In this document: positions 38,501 through 48,403 of the stretch, in pieces | Layout: every line of letters begins with the position of its first letter | Numbering within the stretch: the stretch's first letter is position 1 | Assembly: GCA_031254575.1 (NCBI GenBank) | Contig: JAIRUE010000069.1 | Span: 2,330 to 66,329, forward strand | DNA from: Oscillospiraceae bacterium | GTDB lineage: Bacteria > Bacillota > Clostridia > Oscillospirales > UBA929 | Direction: 5' to 3' | DNA: 64,000 nt | The notes under the pieces: model-generated | Database searches by the model: none | What the model was told of the DNA's origin: nothing | The model's input: only the letters and a program-made list of their open reading frames with translations | Made by a program: the position numbers and the translations under genes

Positions 38501-39092
38501 CTATCTTATCGGAAACACGCAAAAGGTTTTGTTCGGCGGAGGCCAGCTTGCGCTGCGCCTCCTCCTTGCGGCTGCGGTATTTCGCGATACCGGCGGCCTC
38601 CTCGAATACGCCGCGCCGGTCGGCGGGCTTCTCGGTCATAATGCGGTCGATCATACCCTGCGCGATGATGGAATAGCCGCCCGGCCCCAATCCCGTGTCC
38701 ATCAGCAGGGACGTGATGTCCTTGAGGCGCACGGCGGCCTTGTTGCTAAAATACTCGCTCTCCCCGGAACGGTACAGGCGGCGCGTCAGCGCCACCTCGG
38801 CGGCGTCCGCGGCGAAAACGCGGTCCTCGTTGCCGATCACCAGGGATACCTCGGCAAAGCCCAGCGCGCCCCGGCGCTCCGAGCCGTGGAAGATGACCTC
38901 CTCCATCTTCTTTTCGCACCGCATGACGCGGGCGTTCTGCTCACCCAAAACCCACCGCACAGCCTCGGCGATGTTGCTCTTGCCGCTGCCGTTGGGGCCG
39001 ACGACCGCCGTCACCCCGTCCGGCACCGCGAGGTCAACGCGGTCGGGGAAGGTCTTGAATCCCTGTACGGATATGGATTTTAAGGCCCCCAA
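35538..39092 (-). CDS. smc: chromosome segregation protein SMC
   Basis: 1184 aa, Walker A GPNGSGKSN, long coiled coils, hinge, signature LSGGEQ, Walker B CVLDEID. TTG start with GGAGGTG RBS. Confidence 0.95.
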   Translation of the reverse strand: MGALKSISVQGFKTFPDRVDLAVPDGVTAVVGPNGSGKSNIAEAVRWVLGEQNARVMRCEKKMEEVIFHGSERRGALGFAEVSLVIGNEDRVFAADAAEVALTRRLYRSGESEYFSNKAAVRLKDITSLLMDTGLGPGGYSIIAQGMIDRIMTEKPADRRGVFEEAAGIAKYRSRKEEAQRKLASAEQNLLRVSDKIDELEPQVALLREQAGTARRFLLLRDELRGIDINLWLRQIETIRSGRDRQNDQYREAKERFERSKAELDALYADTERMERESLDLAQAAETAREKLAELESRRADAESGLKVCQNDIGHMERLREELSLAAERHDERAEALHKQREDRSAERDRIEEALRAEELALSELALEAKNLAEQTGDLSARADALRTQAALEQAALGESRLRLTALEARRGEQAARRQALLAERDRGGEALTEARNGLARTREKLAEARETVDGLDNVLKGYTLRAEQRAQKLAEARDGAEDIRRGLHEKESRLALLSDLEKEYEGNQAVALVMNSGLPGLHGVLSGLIRTADENTIAIEIALGAALQNIVVSAEKDAKAAIGLLKERRGGRATFLPLTTVDGREWDDVPEMGDEVVGLASRLVDCEERYRGVIRNLLGRTVVCRTLDGAIALSRRMEQRVRVVTLDGQVINAGGAITGGSVGRKVGVLSRKNELARLETELSALAGQAAGAGKLFEEAERACKAAQYDLDVAGGERRQAQEELSALSAEESHRAALLKNLEDAGELCGSELAELDRSLAQIGAECRNETAAIGGHEAGIARLEDEIAALSEGHGALDESRAGLGERQSALRERVASLTAGREGVVKALEELEERGRDLSMDGESRAAALEGYQKRIGELQVLCEEHRREIDGLTRDISQSRAEMDAIVDKQRSLEAGRVRAGRMVKDGAEQNMALSRAVDKLENSLLTTQKEEDALVSRLWEQYELTVTKAQELRTPIESVARAQKKSAELKREINALGSVNLGAIEAYESVGERYRYLTGQREDAQKSKDELDAIIGRITGEMRGLFAGQFAAIAQKFSETFVEIFGGGEAALELDGDADILESGVEIKARPPGKKLRSISLLSGGEQSLSAIALYFAIFKVRPAPFCVLDEIDHDLDDVNVGRFAAYLKRLSQNTQYIVVTHRRGTMEQAGMLYGVTAQEPGVSKVISLRLDEVEDGYTD

Positions 39093-39251
39093 AGAGCGTT
39101 CACCTCCCTGTATTTATGACATGGATTATACCCCGCCGTGACCGCCCTGTCAAGTTTTGGGCGTCTGCGGCGGGACGGCGCGCGTTTTCCGTTTGCCATA
39201 AGGGGGATATGGGTCTATAATAAACCCAAAACGGGAACGGGGGAATATTTC

Positions 39252-40913
39252 ATGGCAGCCTGCGCCATCGGCATAGACTACGGCACTCTGTCCGCGAGGG
39301 CCGTGCTGATCGACACCTCTACCGGCGAGGAACTGGCGTCAAGCGAATATGCCTATCCGCACGCCGTGATCGACGCGCGGCTGCCGGGCGGGGCGGTTTT
39401 GCCCCCAGACTGGGCGCTGCAGCACCCGCGGGACTATCTGGAGGCGCTGGAACATGTTGTCCCGGACGTGCTCCGGCAGAGCGATACCGACCCGGGACGC
39501 GTCGTCGGGATCGGGACGGATTTCACCGGCTGCACCGTCCTGCCCGTCAAGGCGGACGGGACGCCGCTCTGTTTTCTGCCGGAATTTGAAAACAACCCCC
39601 ACGCCTACGTGAAACTGTGGAAACACCACGCCGCGCAGGACAAGGCCAGCCGCCTCAACGAGATCGCCGCCGCCCGCCGCGAGCCGTGGCTTTCATATTA
39701 CGGCGGTAAAATCTCCAGCGAATGGAACATCCCTAAGCTCTGGCAGGTACTGGACGAGGCCCCGGAGGTTTACGCGGCGATGGACCGCTGGATCGAGGCC
39801 GCCGACTGGATTGTCTGGCAGCTGACCGGGACCGAGACCCGCAATGCCTGCACGGCGGGATACAAGGCCATGTACAACAAAAACGCGGGTTTCCCCGCAA
39901 ATGATTTCTATAAAGCCCTCGACCCGCGCTTCGGCGGCGTGGCGGAGCGGTTTTTCAACCTCCCCGTCATCCCGCCGGGTACGAAAGCGGGCGGCGTGAC
40001 GCCGGACATGGCGGCCAAACTCGGGCTGAAGCCGGGGACGGCGGTCGCGGCGGGCATTCTCGACGCCCATGTCTGCGTGCCGGCGGTGGGGATCGGCGCT
40101 CCGGGAACCATGCTTGAGGTCATCGGCACATCCGGCTGCCATATGCTGATGGGGACGGAGGAGATTGCCGTCCCGGGCATCTGCGGCGTCGTGGCCGACG
40201 GCATCCTGCCGGGCTTTTACGGATATGAGGCGGGTCAGTGCTGTGTCGGCGACCATTTCGCGTGGTTTGTGGAAAACTGCGTCCCCGCCGCCTATGCGCG
40301 CGAGGCTGAGGAAAAGGGGGAAACCCTCCACGCCCTGCTGCGCGAAAAAGCGGAAAAACTGCGCCCCGGCGAAAGCGGCCTGCTCGCGCTGGACTGGTGG
40401 AACGGCAACCGCAGCGTGCTGGTTGACGCGGACCTGAGCGGCGCGCTGCTCGGCCTGACGCTCCGGACAAAGCCGGAGGAGATATACCGCGCGCTGATAG
40501 AGGCCACGGCGTACGGGACCCGCGAGATCATCGAAAACTACCGCGCGCACGGCATAGCGGTGGACGCCTTTGTCGCCGCCGGCGGTATCAGCCAAAAAGA
40601 CCCCATGGCGATGCAAATTTACGCCGACGTGCTCAACCTGCCCATAGGGCTCGCCGGGAGCGAAAACGGCCCGGCTTACGGAAGCGCGATATTTGCCGCC
40701 GTCGCCGCCGGGGAAGAGGCCGGGGGATACGGCGACATCTTTTCGGCGGCGCGGGCGCTGGGCAGGCGCAAAGAGTCCGTATACCGCCCCAGCCCCGAAA
40801 ACGCGGCGGCATACGATACGCTGTACGCGGAGTATAAGGTCCTGCACGACTACTTCGGGCGCGGCGCGAACGATGTGATGAAACGGCTGAAAGGCAAAAG
40901 AGCGCTTGCGTAG
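39252..40913 (+). CDS. araB: ribulokinase (FGGY family)
   Basis: IGIDYGTLSARAVL..WALQHPRDY..KLWKHHAAQ..YGGKISSEW. The promoter TTGCCA-N17-TATAAT lies upstream. Confidence 0.85.
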   Translation: MAACAIGIDYGTLSARAVLIDTSTGEELASSEYAYPHAVIDARLPGGAVLPPDWALQHPRDYLEALEHVVPDVLRQSDTDPGRVVGIGTDFTGCTVLPVKADGTPLCFLPEFENNPHAYVKLWKHHAAQDKASRLNEIAAARREPWLSYYGGKISSEWNIPKLWQVLDEAPEVYAAMDRWIEAADWIVWQLTGTETRNACTAGYKAMYNKNAGFPANDFYKALDPRFGGVAERFFNLPVIPPGTKAGGVTPDMAAKLGLKPGTAVAAGILDAHVCVPAVGIGAPGTMLEVIGTSGCHMLMGTEEIAVPGICGVVADGILPGFYGYEAGQCCVGDHFAWFVENCVPAAYAREAEEKGETLHALLREKAEKLRPGESGLLALDWWNGNRSVLVDADLSGALLGLTLRTKPEEIYRALIEATAYGTREIIENYRAHGIAVDAFVAAGGISQKDPMAMQIYADVLNLPIGLAGSENGPAYGSAIFAAVAAGEEAGGYGDIFSAARALGRRKESVYRPSPENAAAYDTLYAEYKVLHDYFGRGANDVMKRLKGKRALA

Positions 40914-41010
40914 CCCGGCGGGTCAGGGAAACCCTGGCGAGCGGCGGCGAGCATAGTGTTTCCCTGACCGTCCGCCGGGCGTGACGCAAGGTGACAGAAG
41001 CCGCGTAAAT

Positions 41011-41673
41011 CTATCCCTCCAGCGCCTCGCGCATGTTGACGTTGCGTTTGCGCTCGCGGGAGAGCGTTGTGGCCACGTCATGACCGGGATAGACGGTATA
41101 GTCTCCCTCCAGCGACGCCAGCAGGCGCAGGGACGCCAGCATCGCGGCGTAATCGCCGCCGGGCAGGTCGCACCGCCCGCAGTCGTCTTCAAACAGCGTG
41201 TCGCCTGTAAACAGGACGCCGGCTGTTCCGCCCTCCGGCGCGGGGACGCGCAGGCAGATACTGCCCGGCGTGTGGCCCGGCGTATGCAGCACTTCAAACG
41301 TATACGCGCCCAGCGGAAAGGTTTCTCCGTGGCGCGTCAGGACGTCCGCCTCGGCGGTTATGGCTTTCGCGCGCCCGAACGGACCGCTCAGGCCCGCGTC
41401 GCGCAGATAAACGGCGTCGGCTTCATGGATGACGGCCTTCGCGCCGGTCGCGCGGCGCACCTCCTCCAGGGCAAGGGTGTGGTCAAAATGCCCGTGCGTA
41501 AGGAAGATATACCTCAAAGTCAGGCCCTTTTCGCGCACGCGCCCCAAAATAAGGCCGGCCTTGTCGCCGGGGTCAATCACGGCCGCCTCGCGCGTCTCCG
41601 TGTCGGCGGCGATATAGCAGTTGGTGGATACCACTCCCACCACAAGGGAATCAACGCTGAACATATCCCCCAT
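41011..41673 (-). CDS. MBL-fold metallo-hydrolase (glyoxalase II-like)
   Basis: LTHGHFDH motif, plus later HTPGHTPG and GD..F. Confidence 0.85.
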   Translation of the reverse strand: MGDMFSVDSLVVGVVSTNCYIAADTETREAAVIDPGDKAGLILGRVREKGLTLRYIFLTHGHFDHTLALEEVRRATGAKAVIHEADAVYLRDAGLSGPFGRAKAITAEADVLTRHGETFPLGAYTFEVLHTPGHTPGSICLRVPAPEGGTAGVLFTGDTLFEDDCGRCDLPGGDYAAMLASLRLLASLEGDYTVYPGHDVATTLSRERKRNVNMREALEG

Positions 41674-41823
41674 CCTTTCCGTTGGCTGTTAACAGCATAG
41701 CACACACAGCGCGTCCGCGCAACAAAGGACTTCTCAAACACTCAAAACTGTGGTATACTTCATAGACAATCTCTATTCCCCGCCGGCGGCGGGGAAGCCG
41801 TACACCCGAAAGAGGAAATTTTT

Positions 41824-43332
41824 ATGCCTTTTCCTGCCCTTTATTACGCGGGGGCCGCCGTGCCGGCGCTGCTGCTGATTGCCGCGGCTTTCCTTGTGTT
41901 GCGCAAGGTCCCGGCGGCGGAGTTTTCCGCGCCCGGCGTCCCCGAATATGACCCCGGCGAGGCGGACCGCGCGGCGGAGGCTCTGGCCGAAGCCATCCGC
42001 TGCCGGACGGTCTCGTACCCCGACGTCACCCGGCGGGACTTTTCCCAATGGGTCGCGCTGCGCAGGGTCTTGCGCGAGCGGTATCCTTTGAGCCATGAGC
42101 GCATGATCCCGGAGCACACGGCGGGGCTTTCCACGCTATATAAATGGGAGTCTCCCGAACCGGCTGGCGAGCCCATCCTGCTCTGCGCCCATCTCGACGT
42201 CGTACCGGCGGGCGGCGTCTGGAACGTCCCCCCGTTCGACGGGCATATCGGGGACGGCTTTGTATGGGGCCGGGGCGCGCTTGACTGTAAAAACGTCGTC
42301 GTCTGCCTGTTTTCCGCGCTGGAAAGTCTGTTTGAGGGCGGTTTCGTCCCCGGCCGCGACATCTATCTGGCTCTGGGGCACGACGAGGAACTGGGCGGTC
42401 CCGAAGGAGCGAAGCAGTTCGCCCGGTATTTTGCCCAGCATGGCATACATTTTTCGCTGGTCCTTGACGAGGGCGGTTTCATCACCGACGGCGCGTTTCC
42501 GGCCGGTAAGCCGGTGGCGGACATATGCGCCGCCGAAAAGGGCGTGATGGACGTCCGACTTACGGTGACCGCGCCGGGCGGTCATTCGTCACATCCGCCG
42601 GAGCGCACGGCGGCGGGCCTGCTCTGCGAGGCCGTCTGCCGCGTGGGGTTCAAGCTGCGCCCGGCCCGTATTCTCCCGCTTGTATACGACCATTTTAACA
42701 CCATCGCTCCTCTGCTGGACGGCACGCTGCGCCGTTACGCCGCCACCCCGCGTTTTTACAGAAAAAAGCTGCTCGCCCGCCTCTGCGCGGACGAGAGGAC
42801 GGCGGCGCTGGTGCGGACAACGGTGGCTCCGACCCTTTTGACCGGCGGCGTCGCGCCCAATGTCCTGCCCCCGTCCGCCGAGGCCAATCTCAACATCCGG
42901 CTGCTGCCGGGCGACGACGCGGAGGGGCTTGTATCATGGATCAACGCGCTCACCCGGGACCTGGGCGTCAAAGCCGAGATCGTACTGAATGAAGAGCCTT
43001 CCGGGGTCTCCGATTATAAAGGGGCGGCGTTCTCCGCGCTGGCCGGGGCCGTCAGCGACGTCTTCCCCGGCATTCCCGCCGTGCCGGGCCTGTGCTGCGG
43101 CGCGAGCGACGCGCGGCATTACGAGCCGTTTTCTTCCGCCGTGCTGCGCTTCTCGCCTTTTATCGTGACGCTGAACGAGCTGGCCGCCGTCCACGCCGAG
43201 AACGAGCGCGTTGCCGTCGCCTCGCTGGGCGCGGCGGTACGGTTTTACCGGCGGGTGATCGAACGGTTCTGCTCCCCCGGCGGCGAACAGGGAAATCCGG
43301 GCGTCAAAGAGACGGGAGGGAACGGGATATGA
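41824..43332 (+). CDS. M20/M25/M40-family metallopeptidase with an N-terminal TM anchor
   Basis: LLCAHLDVVP, WGRGALDCK, GHDEELGG, HSSHP. Confidence 0.8.
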   Translation: MPFPALYYAGAAVPALLLIAAAFLVLRKVPAAEFSAPGVPEYDPGEADRAAEALAEAIRCRTVSYPDVTRRDFSQWVALRRVLRERYPLSHERMIPEHTAGLSTLYKWESPEPAGEPILLCAHLDVVPAGGVWNVPPFDGHIGDGFVWGRGALDCKNVVVCLFSALESLFEGGFVPGRDIYLALGHDEELGGPEGAKQFARYFAQHGIHFSLVLDEGGFITDGAFPAGKPVADICAAEKGVMDVRLTVTAPGGHSSHPPERTAAGLLCEAVCRVGFKLRPARILPLVYDHFNTIAPLLDGTLRRYAATPRFYRKKLLARLCADERTAALVRTTVAPTLLTGGVAPNVLPPSAEANLNIRLLPGDDAEGLVSWINALTRDLGVKAEIVLNEEPSGVSDYKGAAFSALAGAVSDVFPGIPAVPGLCCGASDARHYEPFSSAVLRFSPFIVTLNELAAVHAENERVAVASLGAAVRFYRRVIERFCSPGGEQGNPGVKETGGNGI

Positions 43333-44582
43333 ACATATCCGCGCCGCGCGGCACATACGACCTGCTGCCCGGACAGACCGCGCGTTGGCAGCGGCTTGAG
43401 ACTGAACTGCGCCGCACCGCCGCGCTGTTCGGCTACGGGGAAATACGGTTTCCCATGTTTGAGCATACTGAGCTTTTCCGGCGCGGTATGGGCGAAACGG
43501 GCGACGTTGTGCAGAAGGAGATGTACACCTTTCAGGATAAGGACGGCCGTTCGCTGACTTTGCGGCCCGAGGGCACGGCGTCGGTGGCGCGCGCGTTTAT
43601 TGAACACGGATTGCATATGTCGGCGCTGCCGTTCAAATGCTATTATATCGCGCCGAACTTCCGGTATGAAAAGCCGCAGAAGGGGCGCTTCCGCCAGCAT
43701 GTGCAGTTTGGCTGCGAGTGTTTCGGCGCGGCGGAGCCGCAGGCCGACGCGGAGGTCATCTCCCTCGCGCACGCCATCCTGCAAGGACTGGACGTGACGC
43801 TGCATATCAACTCCATCGGCTGTAAGGAATGCCGCCCGGAATACCAGCAAACGCTCCGCGCGTGGCTGGGGGAACGGTCGGCCCGGCTGTGCGGGACATG
43901 CCTTTCCCGTCTGGAGCGGAATCCTATGCGGGTGCTGGACTGTAAAGAGGAGACCTGCGCCGCCCTCGTCAAAGACGCGCCGGTCATCACCGGGCATCTT
44001 TGCGGAAACTGCGCGGATTTCGCGGAAAGGCTGGACTCGCTGCTCAACGCTTCCGGCATCCCCTTTGTCCGCGACCCGCTGATCATGCGGGGTTTTGATT
44101 ACTACACCGGGACCGTGTTTGAGTTTATCTCCGGCGGCATCGGGGCGCAGAGCGCGGTGTGCGCGGGCGGGCGGTACGACGGGCTGGTGGAGGAACTGGG
44201 CGGGCCGCCCATACCCGGGCTGGGGTTCGGGATGGGGCTGGAACGCCTGCTGCTGGCGATGGAAGCGGCGGGGACGGAGCCGGAGAGCCGGGGTCCCGCG
44301 GTGTATCTCGCGCCGATGGGAGACGCCGCCGCCGGAACCTGCGTTAAGTTGTGCAACGAACTGCGCGGTATGGGTGTTTTCGCCGAAACCGACCTGTGCG
44401 GGCGGAGCGTCAAGGCGCAGATGAAATACGCCGGCAAAACCGGCGCGGAATACACGGCCGTGATCGGCGAAAATGAAATCGCGGGCGGCACGGTCATGCT
44501 CAAGAACATGCGGACCGGAGAAACGGCGCCGTGTAAATTGGACGCCGGGGCGATGGCGCACACATACAGGGACGGTTCTTAA
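43329..44582 (+). CDS. hisS: histidine--tRNA ligase
   Basis: RGTYDLLP..LRPEGT..FRYEKPQKGRFRQH..GGRYD. ATGA overlap with the M20 stop. Confidence 0.95.
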   Translation: MNISAPRGTYDLLPGQTARWQRLETELRRTAALFGYGEIRFPMFEHTELFRRGMGETGDVVQKEMYTFQDKDGRSLTLRPEGTASVARAFIEHGLHMSALPFKCYYIAPNFRYEKPQKGRFRQHVQFGCECFGAAEPQADAEVISLAHAILQGLDVTLHINSIGCKECRPEYQQTLRAWLGERSARLCGTCLSRLERNPMRVLDCKEETCAALVKDAPVITGHLCGNCADFAERLDSLLNASGIPFVRDPLIMRGFDYYTGTVFEFISGGIGAQSAVCAGGRYDGLVEELGGPPIPGLGFGMGLERLLLAMEAAGTEPESRGPAVYLAPMGDAAAGTCVKLCNELRGMGVFAETDLCGRSVKAQMKYAGKTGAEYTAVIGENEIAGGTVMLKNMRTGETAPCKLDAGAMAHTYRDGS

Positions 44583-44642
44583 CCGTCCGCAAACGCGTAC
44601 GGGCGGTTGGCAATTGCCCATACAACAGGAGGCAGGAAAGAA

Positions 44643-46361
44643 ATGAAACGCACACATTACTGCGGCGCATTGCGTCTCTCCCACGCCGGGCAAACCGTCA
44701 CTGTCTGCGGCTGGGTCCAGCGCGCGCGCGATCTGGGCGGGCTGGTCTTCATCGACCTGCGCGACCGCGAGGGGATCGTGCAGTGCATTTTTGACTCTGA
44801 AAACCCGCTGTCCGGCGAGGCGGCGCACGCGCGAAGCGAATGGTGCCTTGCCGTGACCGGAACGGTGCGGGAGCGGACGAACAAGAATCTCACGATTCCC
44901 ACAGGCGAAGTGGAAATCGAGGCGGCGGAACTGAGGGTGCTGTCCCGCGCTCAGACGCCGCCGTTTGAAATCGAGGCCGACACAAAAGCAAACGAACTGC
45001 TGCGGCTGGAATACCGCTACCTCGACCTGCGGCGGCCGGTCCTGCAAAAAAATCTGATGATACGTCACCGTGCCCTGCAAACGGTGCGGCGGTATCTGGA
45101 CGCGGAAGGGTTTTATGAAATCGAGACGCCGATGCTGACCGCCTCGACGCCGGAGGGCAGCCGGGATTATCTTGTCCCCTCGCGGCTCCACAGAGGGAAG
45201 TTTTACGCCCTGCCGCAGTCGCCGCAGCAATATAAACAGCTTTTGATGGTCGCCGGGGTGGATAAATATTTTCAGCTCGCCCGCTGCGCCCGCGACGAGG
45301 ATCTCCGCGCCGACCGGCAGCCGGATTTTACCCAGATCGACATGGAGATGAGTTTCGTCGGGATGGAGGACATTTATACCGTCAGCGAGGGCATGATCGC
45401 GGACCTGTTCGGCGCGTTCGGGATCAGCGTCCCTCTCCCGCTCCCCCGGCTGACTTACCGGGAGGCAATGGACCGTTACGGCAGCGATAAGCCCGACACC
45501 CGCTTCGGTTTTGAACTCAAAGATCTGACAGATTTGACACGCGGATGCGGCTTCGCCGTTTTTGAAAGCGCGAAATCGGTGCGCTGTATCGTCGTCGGTC
45601 ACGAGTTTACCCGCAGGGAGACCGACGCGCTGACGGATTTTATCAAAGGGCTTGGCCTTAAAGGCTTGGCATGGCACAAGGCCGAAAGCTCCTCCTTCGG
45701 GAAATTTCTCTCCGGCGACGCCCTCGGACGCCTCTGCGAACACGCCGGCTTTGCCCCCGGCTCCACTCTGTTCGCCGTCGCCGGCGACGACGAGCGGCTT
45801 GTCAAAACATCCCTCGGCGCCCTGCGGCTTGAATGCGCCCGCCGCCTCAATCTGCTCGACCCGGACGTATATCATTTTCTCTGGATTACCGAGTTTCCCA
45901 TGTTTGAGTACAGCGAGGAGGAGGGGCGCTATGTCGCCCAGCATCACCTGTTCACCGCCCCGATGGACGAGGATGTGCCGCTGCTCTCGCAGAAAGACCT
46001 GTCCCAGGTCCGCTCGAAAGCCTACGATATGGTATGCAACGGCTATGAGATCGGCGGAGGTTCGATCCGTATCCACGACGCGGTGTTGCAGGCGAGAGTG
46101 TTCGACCTGCTCGGCCTGTCCAAAGAAGACGCCGACCTGCGTTTCGGGCATATGCTCAAAGCCTTTTCCTACGGGGTCCCGCCCCACGGCGGCATCGCGT
46201 TCGGTTTCGACCGGGTGGCTATGCTGCTCTGCCGGACCGCCAATATCCGCGACGTGATAGCTTTTCCCAAGACGCAATCGGCCGCCGAGCCGATGACCGG
46301 CTGTCCGGTGACGGTGGAGCGGAAGCAGCTGGACGAGCTGGGGATACGGCTCGGTGATTAA
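44643..46361 (+). CDS. aspS: aspartate--tRNA ligase
   Basis: HYCG..GWVQRARDLGGLVFIDLRDREG..FRDEDLRADRQPDFTQID..GGGSIRIH..GIAFGFDR. Confidence 0.95.
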   Translation: MKRTHYCGALRLSHAGQTVTVCGWVQRARDLGGLVFIDLRDREGIVQCIFDSENPLSGEAAHARSEWCLAVTGTVRERTNKNLTIPTGEVEIEAAELRVLSRAQTPPFEIEADTKANELLRLEYRYLDLRRPVLQKNLMIRHRALQTVRRYLDAEGFYEIETPMLTASTPEGSRDYLVPSRLHRGKFYALPQSPQQYKQLLMVAGVDKYFQLARCARDEDLRADRQPDFTQIDMEMSFVGMEDIYTVSEGMIADLFGAFGISVPLPLPRLTYREAMDRYGSDKPDTRFGFELKDLTDLTRGCGFAVFESAKSVRCIVVGHEFTRRETDALTDFIKGLGLKGLAWHKAESSSFGKFLSGDALGRLCEHAGFAPGSTLFAVAGDDERLVKTSLGALRLECARRLNLLDPDVYHFLWITEFPMFEYSEEEGRYVAQHHLFTAPMDEDVPLLSQKDLSQVRSKAYDMVCNGYEIGGGSIRIHDAVLQARVFDLLGLSKEDADLRFGHMLKAFSYGVPPHGGIAFGFDRVAMLLCRTANIRDVIAFPKTQSAAEPMTGCPVTVERKQLDELGIRLGD

Positions 46362-47475
46362 CCTCGACAACGCCGCCGGCACACCCGTCTGCCCCGAGGC
46401 GCGGCAGGCGTTCCTTGACGCGCTCGCGCCGGGCAACCCGTCGTCGCTCCATGCCGCCGGGCGGGCGGCCCGCGCCTGTCTGGACGGGGCGCGGACGGTG
46501 CTGCAAACCGCGCTGGACTGCGAACGCGTTGTCTTCACTTCCGGCGGCACGGAGAGCATCAATCTCGCCCTGCGCGGCGCGGCCGGGGCGTACGGCAGAA
46601 AGAAAAAACATATCGTCACCACAACCTTTGAGCACCCCGCGACGGTCAGCACCCTCTCCGCGCTCAAGGCCGCGGGGTTTTCCGTCACCGAAGTGCCCCC
46701 CCGCGCCGACGGGCGGATACACCCCGAAGACGTCGCCGCCGCCGTGACGGGGGAGACGTTTCTCGTCACCGTGACGCAGGTCGCGGGGGAGACGGGCGCG
46801 CTTCTGGACGTTGAAGCCCTCGCCCGCCTGCTGCGCGGGCAAAGGGACGCGCCCGCCCCGGCGGAACGGGACGGCGGCTCCTTATTGCTGCACGTTGACG
46901 CAGTACAGGGTTTTCTGAAATTTCCCGTAAGTGTGCAAAAGTCCGGGATAGATTTGCTTTCGATCTCCGGCCACAAAGTGCACGCCCCGATGGGGACAGG
47001 AGCGCTGGCCGTCGCGCCCCGCGTGCGCCTTGTCCCTCAAATGACCGGCGGCGGGCAGGAGAACGGCCTGCGTGGCGGCACGGAAGCGCTGCCGCTGATC
47101 GCGGCGCTGGCGGCGGCGGCGCGGGCGTGGTCGCCCGTTGATTCCCGCCTGACGGCTTACGCGGCGCGGCGGCTCGAAACGTCCGGCTGGACGCTTGTGC
47201 CCGGAAGCGACGCGCCGATCCTCTCGGCGGCGTTTCCCGGCGTGCCGGGCGAGGCTTTGCTGCGGACGCTGTCGGACAGGGGCGTTTTGACCGGGTCCGG
47301 TTCGGCCTGCTCGCGCGGCAGGCGGAGTGCGGCGCTGCTGTCCATCAAAACACTGCCCGCCTGGGTGGCGGACAGTGTGATACGGCTGTCGTTTTCACGG
47401 TTTACGGCGATGGAGGAACTGGAGGCGGCGATGGAGATCATACTGGAGACCGCCCGCTCATTTTCCCCGCGCTGA
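46354..47475 (+). CDS. cysteine desulfurase-family aminotransferase class V
   Basis: LDNAAGTP..FTSGGTESINL..SISGHKVHAPMG..SGSACS. Overlaps the aspS stop. Confidence 0.85.
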   Translation: MINLDNAAGTPVCPEARQAFLDALAPGNPSSLHAAGRAARACLDGARTVLQTALDCERVVFTSGGTESINLALRGAAGAYGRKKKHIVTTTFEHPATVSTLSALKAAGFSVTEVPPRADGRIHPEDVAAAVTGETFLVTVTQVAGETGALLDVEALARLLRGQRDAPAPAERDGGSLLLHVDAVQGFLKFPVSVQKSGIDLLSISGHKVHAPMGTGALAVAPRVRLVPQMTGGGQENGLRGGTEALPLIAALAAAARAWSPVDSRLTAYAARRLETSGWTLVPGSDAPILSAAFPGVPGEALLRTLSDRGVLTGSGSACSRGRRSAALLSIKTLPAWVADSVIRLSFSRFTAMEELEAAMEIILETARSFSPR

Positions 47476-47534
47476 CTGCCGGCAAACCCCGCCCGCCGGG
47501 GTGTCTTTGGCGCGGTACCGGGGGCGTTTACAGG

Positions 47535-48008
47535 TCACTTGAATTCAACGGTTCTCGTCTCCGCCGGTTCATCCGGCGGCGGGGGCTGTTCGGTTTGCGG
47601 CGGACGGCGCATTTCCATAAATTTATTTGCCATTTCAAACAAGGTCGTTCTGGTGTTTTCATCTATGAGGCCGCCGTCCCTGTCATACGTTCGCGTCACA
47701 AAGCCGTTTTCCGTTTTAAGTATGATCATTTTCGCCTCACGGGCGTCCGGATCGATGTTGTGGATGATCATTTCCCGGGAAGTGGGGTCTGTGCTCCAAA
47801 AACTCAGAATACTGTAATAGTCGCCCTGCTTTACCGGCTTGATTTTGGTGTATTCCGGCAGACGTCCCCCGCGCGCCATCCGTGAAAACCGCGTCCGCTT
47901 CAGGTAGAGGGCAAAAATTACCAGAGTGAACCCGAAAAGCAGGAGCAGGAGGATGATCCCCGGCCAGGGCGAGCTGTCCTTCACGGGCATATTGACGGAA
48001 ACCACCAA
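47535..48008 (-). CDS. membrane-anchored hypothetical protein
   Basis: One TM helix (GIILLLLLFGFTLVIFALYL), then a soluble domain and a Pro-rich tail. No family recognised. Confidence 0.5.
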   Translation of the reverse strand: MVVSVNMPVKDSSPWPGIILLLLLFGFTLVIFALYLKRTRFSRMARGGRLPEYTKIKPVKQGDYYSILSFWSTDPTSREMIIHNIDPDAREAKMIILKTENGFVTRTYDRDGGLIDENTRTTLFEMANKFMEMRRPPQTEQPPPPDEPAETRTVEFK

Positions 48009-48180
48009 AACCGCTCGCCCCCTCTGTCCTTATTCCGTCACGGCGGTGTCCTTTTCCGCGTCTGTGTGTATTGTAACACAGCTTTCGTAAAAAGGTCAAG
48101 AATCGGGCCCCGTCTCCTATAATGTTTCCGTTGTAAAGTGTACGCTAATCTGGCGGATGTCAAAAAGCGCGAACGGACAC

Positions 48181-48211
48181 AAACCCCGCAGCCTTTGAAA
48201 CTGCGGGGTTT
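48181..48211 (-). terminator. displaced native terminator of tRNA-Val
   Basis: AAACCCCGCAG..CTGCGGGGTTT hairpin directly 3' of the tRNA-Val 3'-half copy. It has the same design as the tRNA-Arg terminator at 61103-61136. Confidence 0.65.
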
Positions 48212-48212
48212 G

Positions 48213-48260
48213 CGTTGGTGGACGATAAGGAACTCGAATCCCTGACCCTCCGCACGTCAA
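48213..48260 (-). repeat. 48-bp direct repeat: orphan copy of the tRNA-Val 3' half (att-like)
   Basis: CGTTGGTGGACGATAAGGAACTCGAATCCCTGACCCTCCGCACGTCAA is identical to 52082-52129. Confidence 0.95.
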
Positions 48261-48403
48261 AAAGATAAAGGATGTATTGCCCTTTCGCGCGCGTTTTTTA
48301 GGAGTGCTTTTTTGCGTTTTATTTTATCTCGTCTTATTTATTTCGCTTCCTTTTCCCTCCTCCCTCTTCATTTTTTGAGAAAATTAACACCATATTGAAA
48401 GAT

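Noticed and set aside
43245-46976. 1243-aa minus-strand ORF, the longest in the window
   Set aside because: It runs antisense across hisS, aspS and the cysteine desulfurase gene, all of which have unmistakable motifs on the + strand. It is Arg/Pro/Gly-rich and domain-less. It is a GC-skewed shadow ORF.
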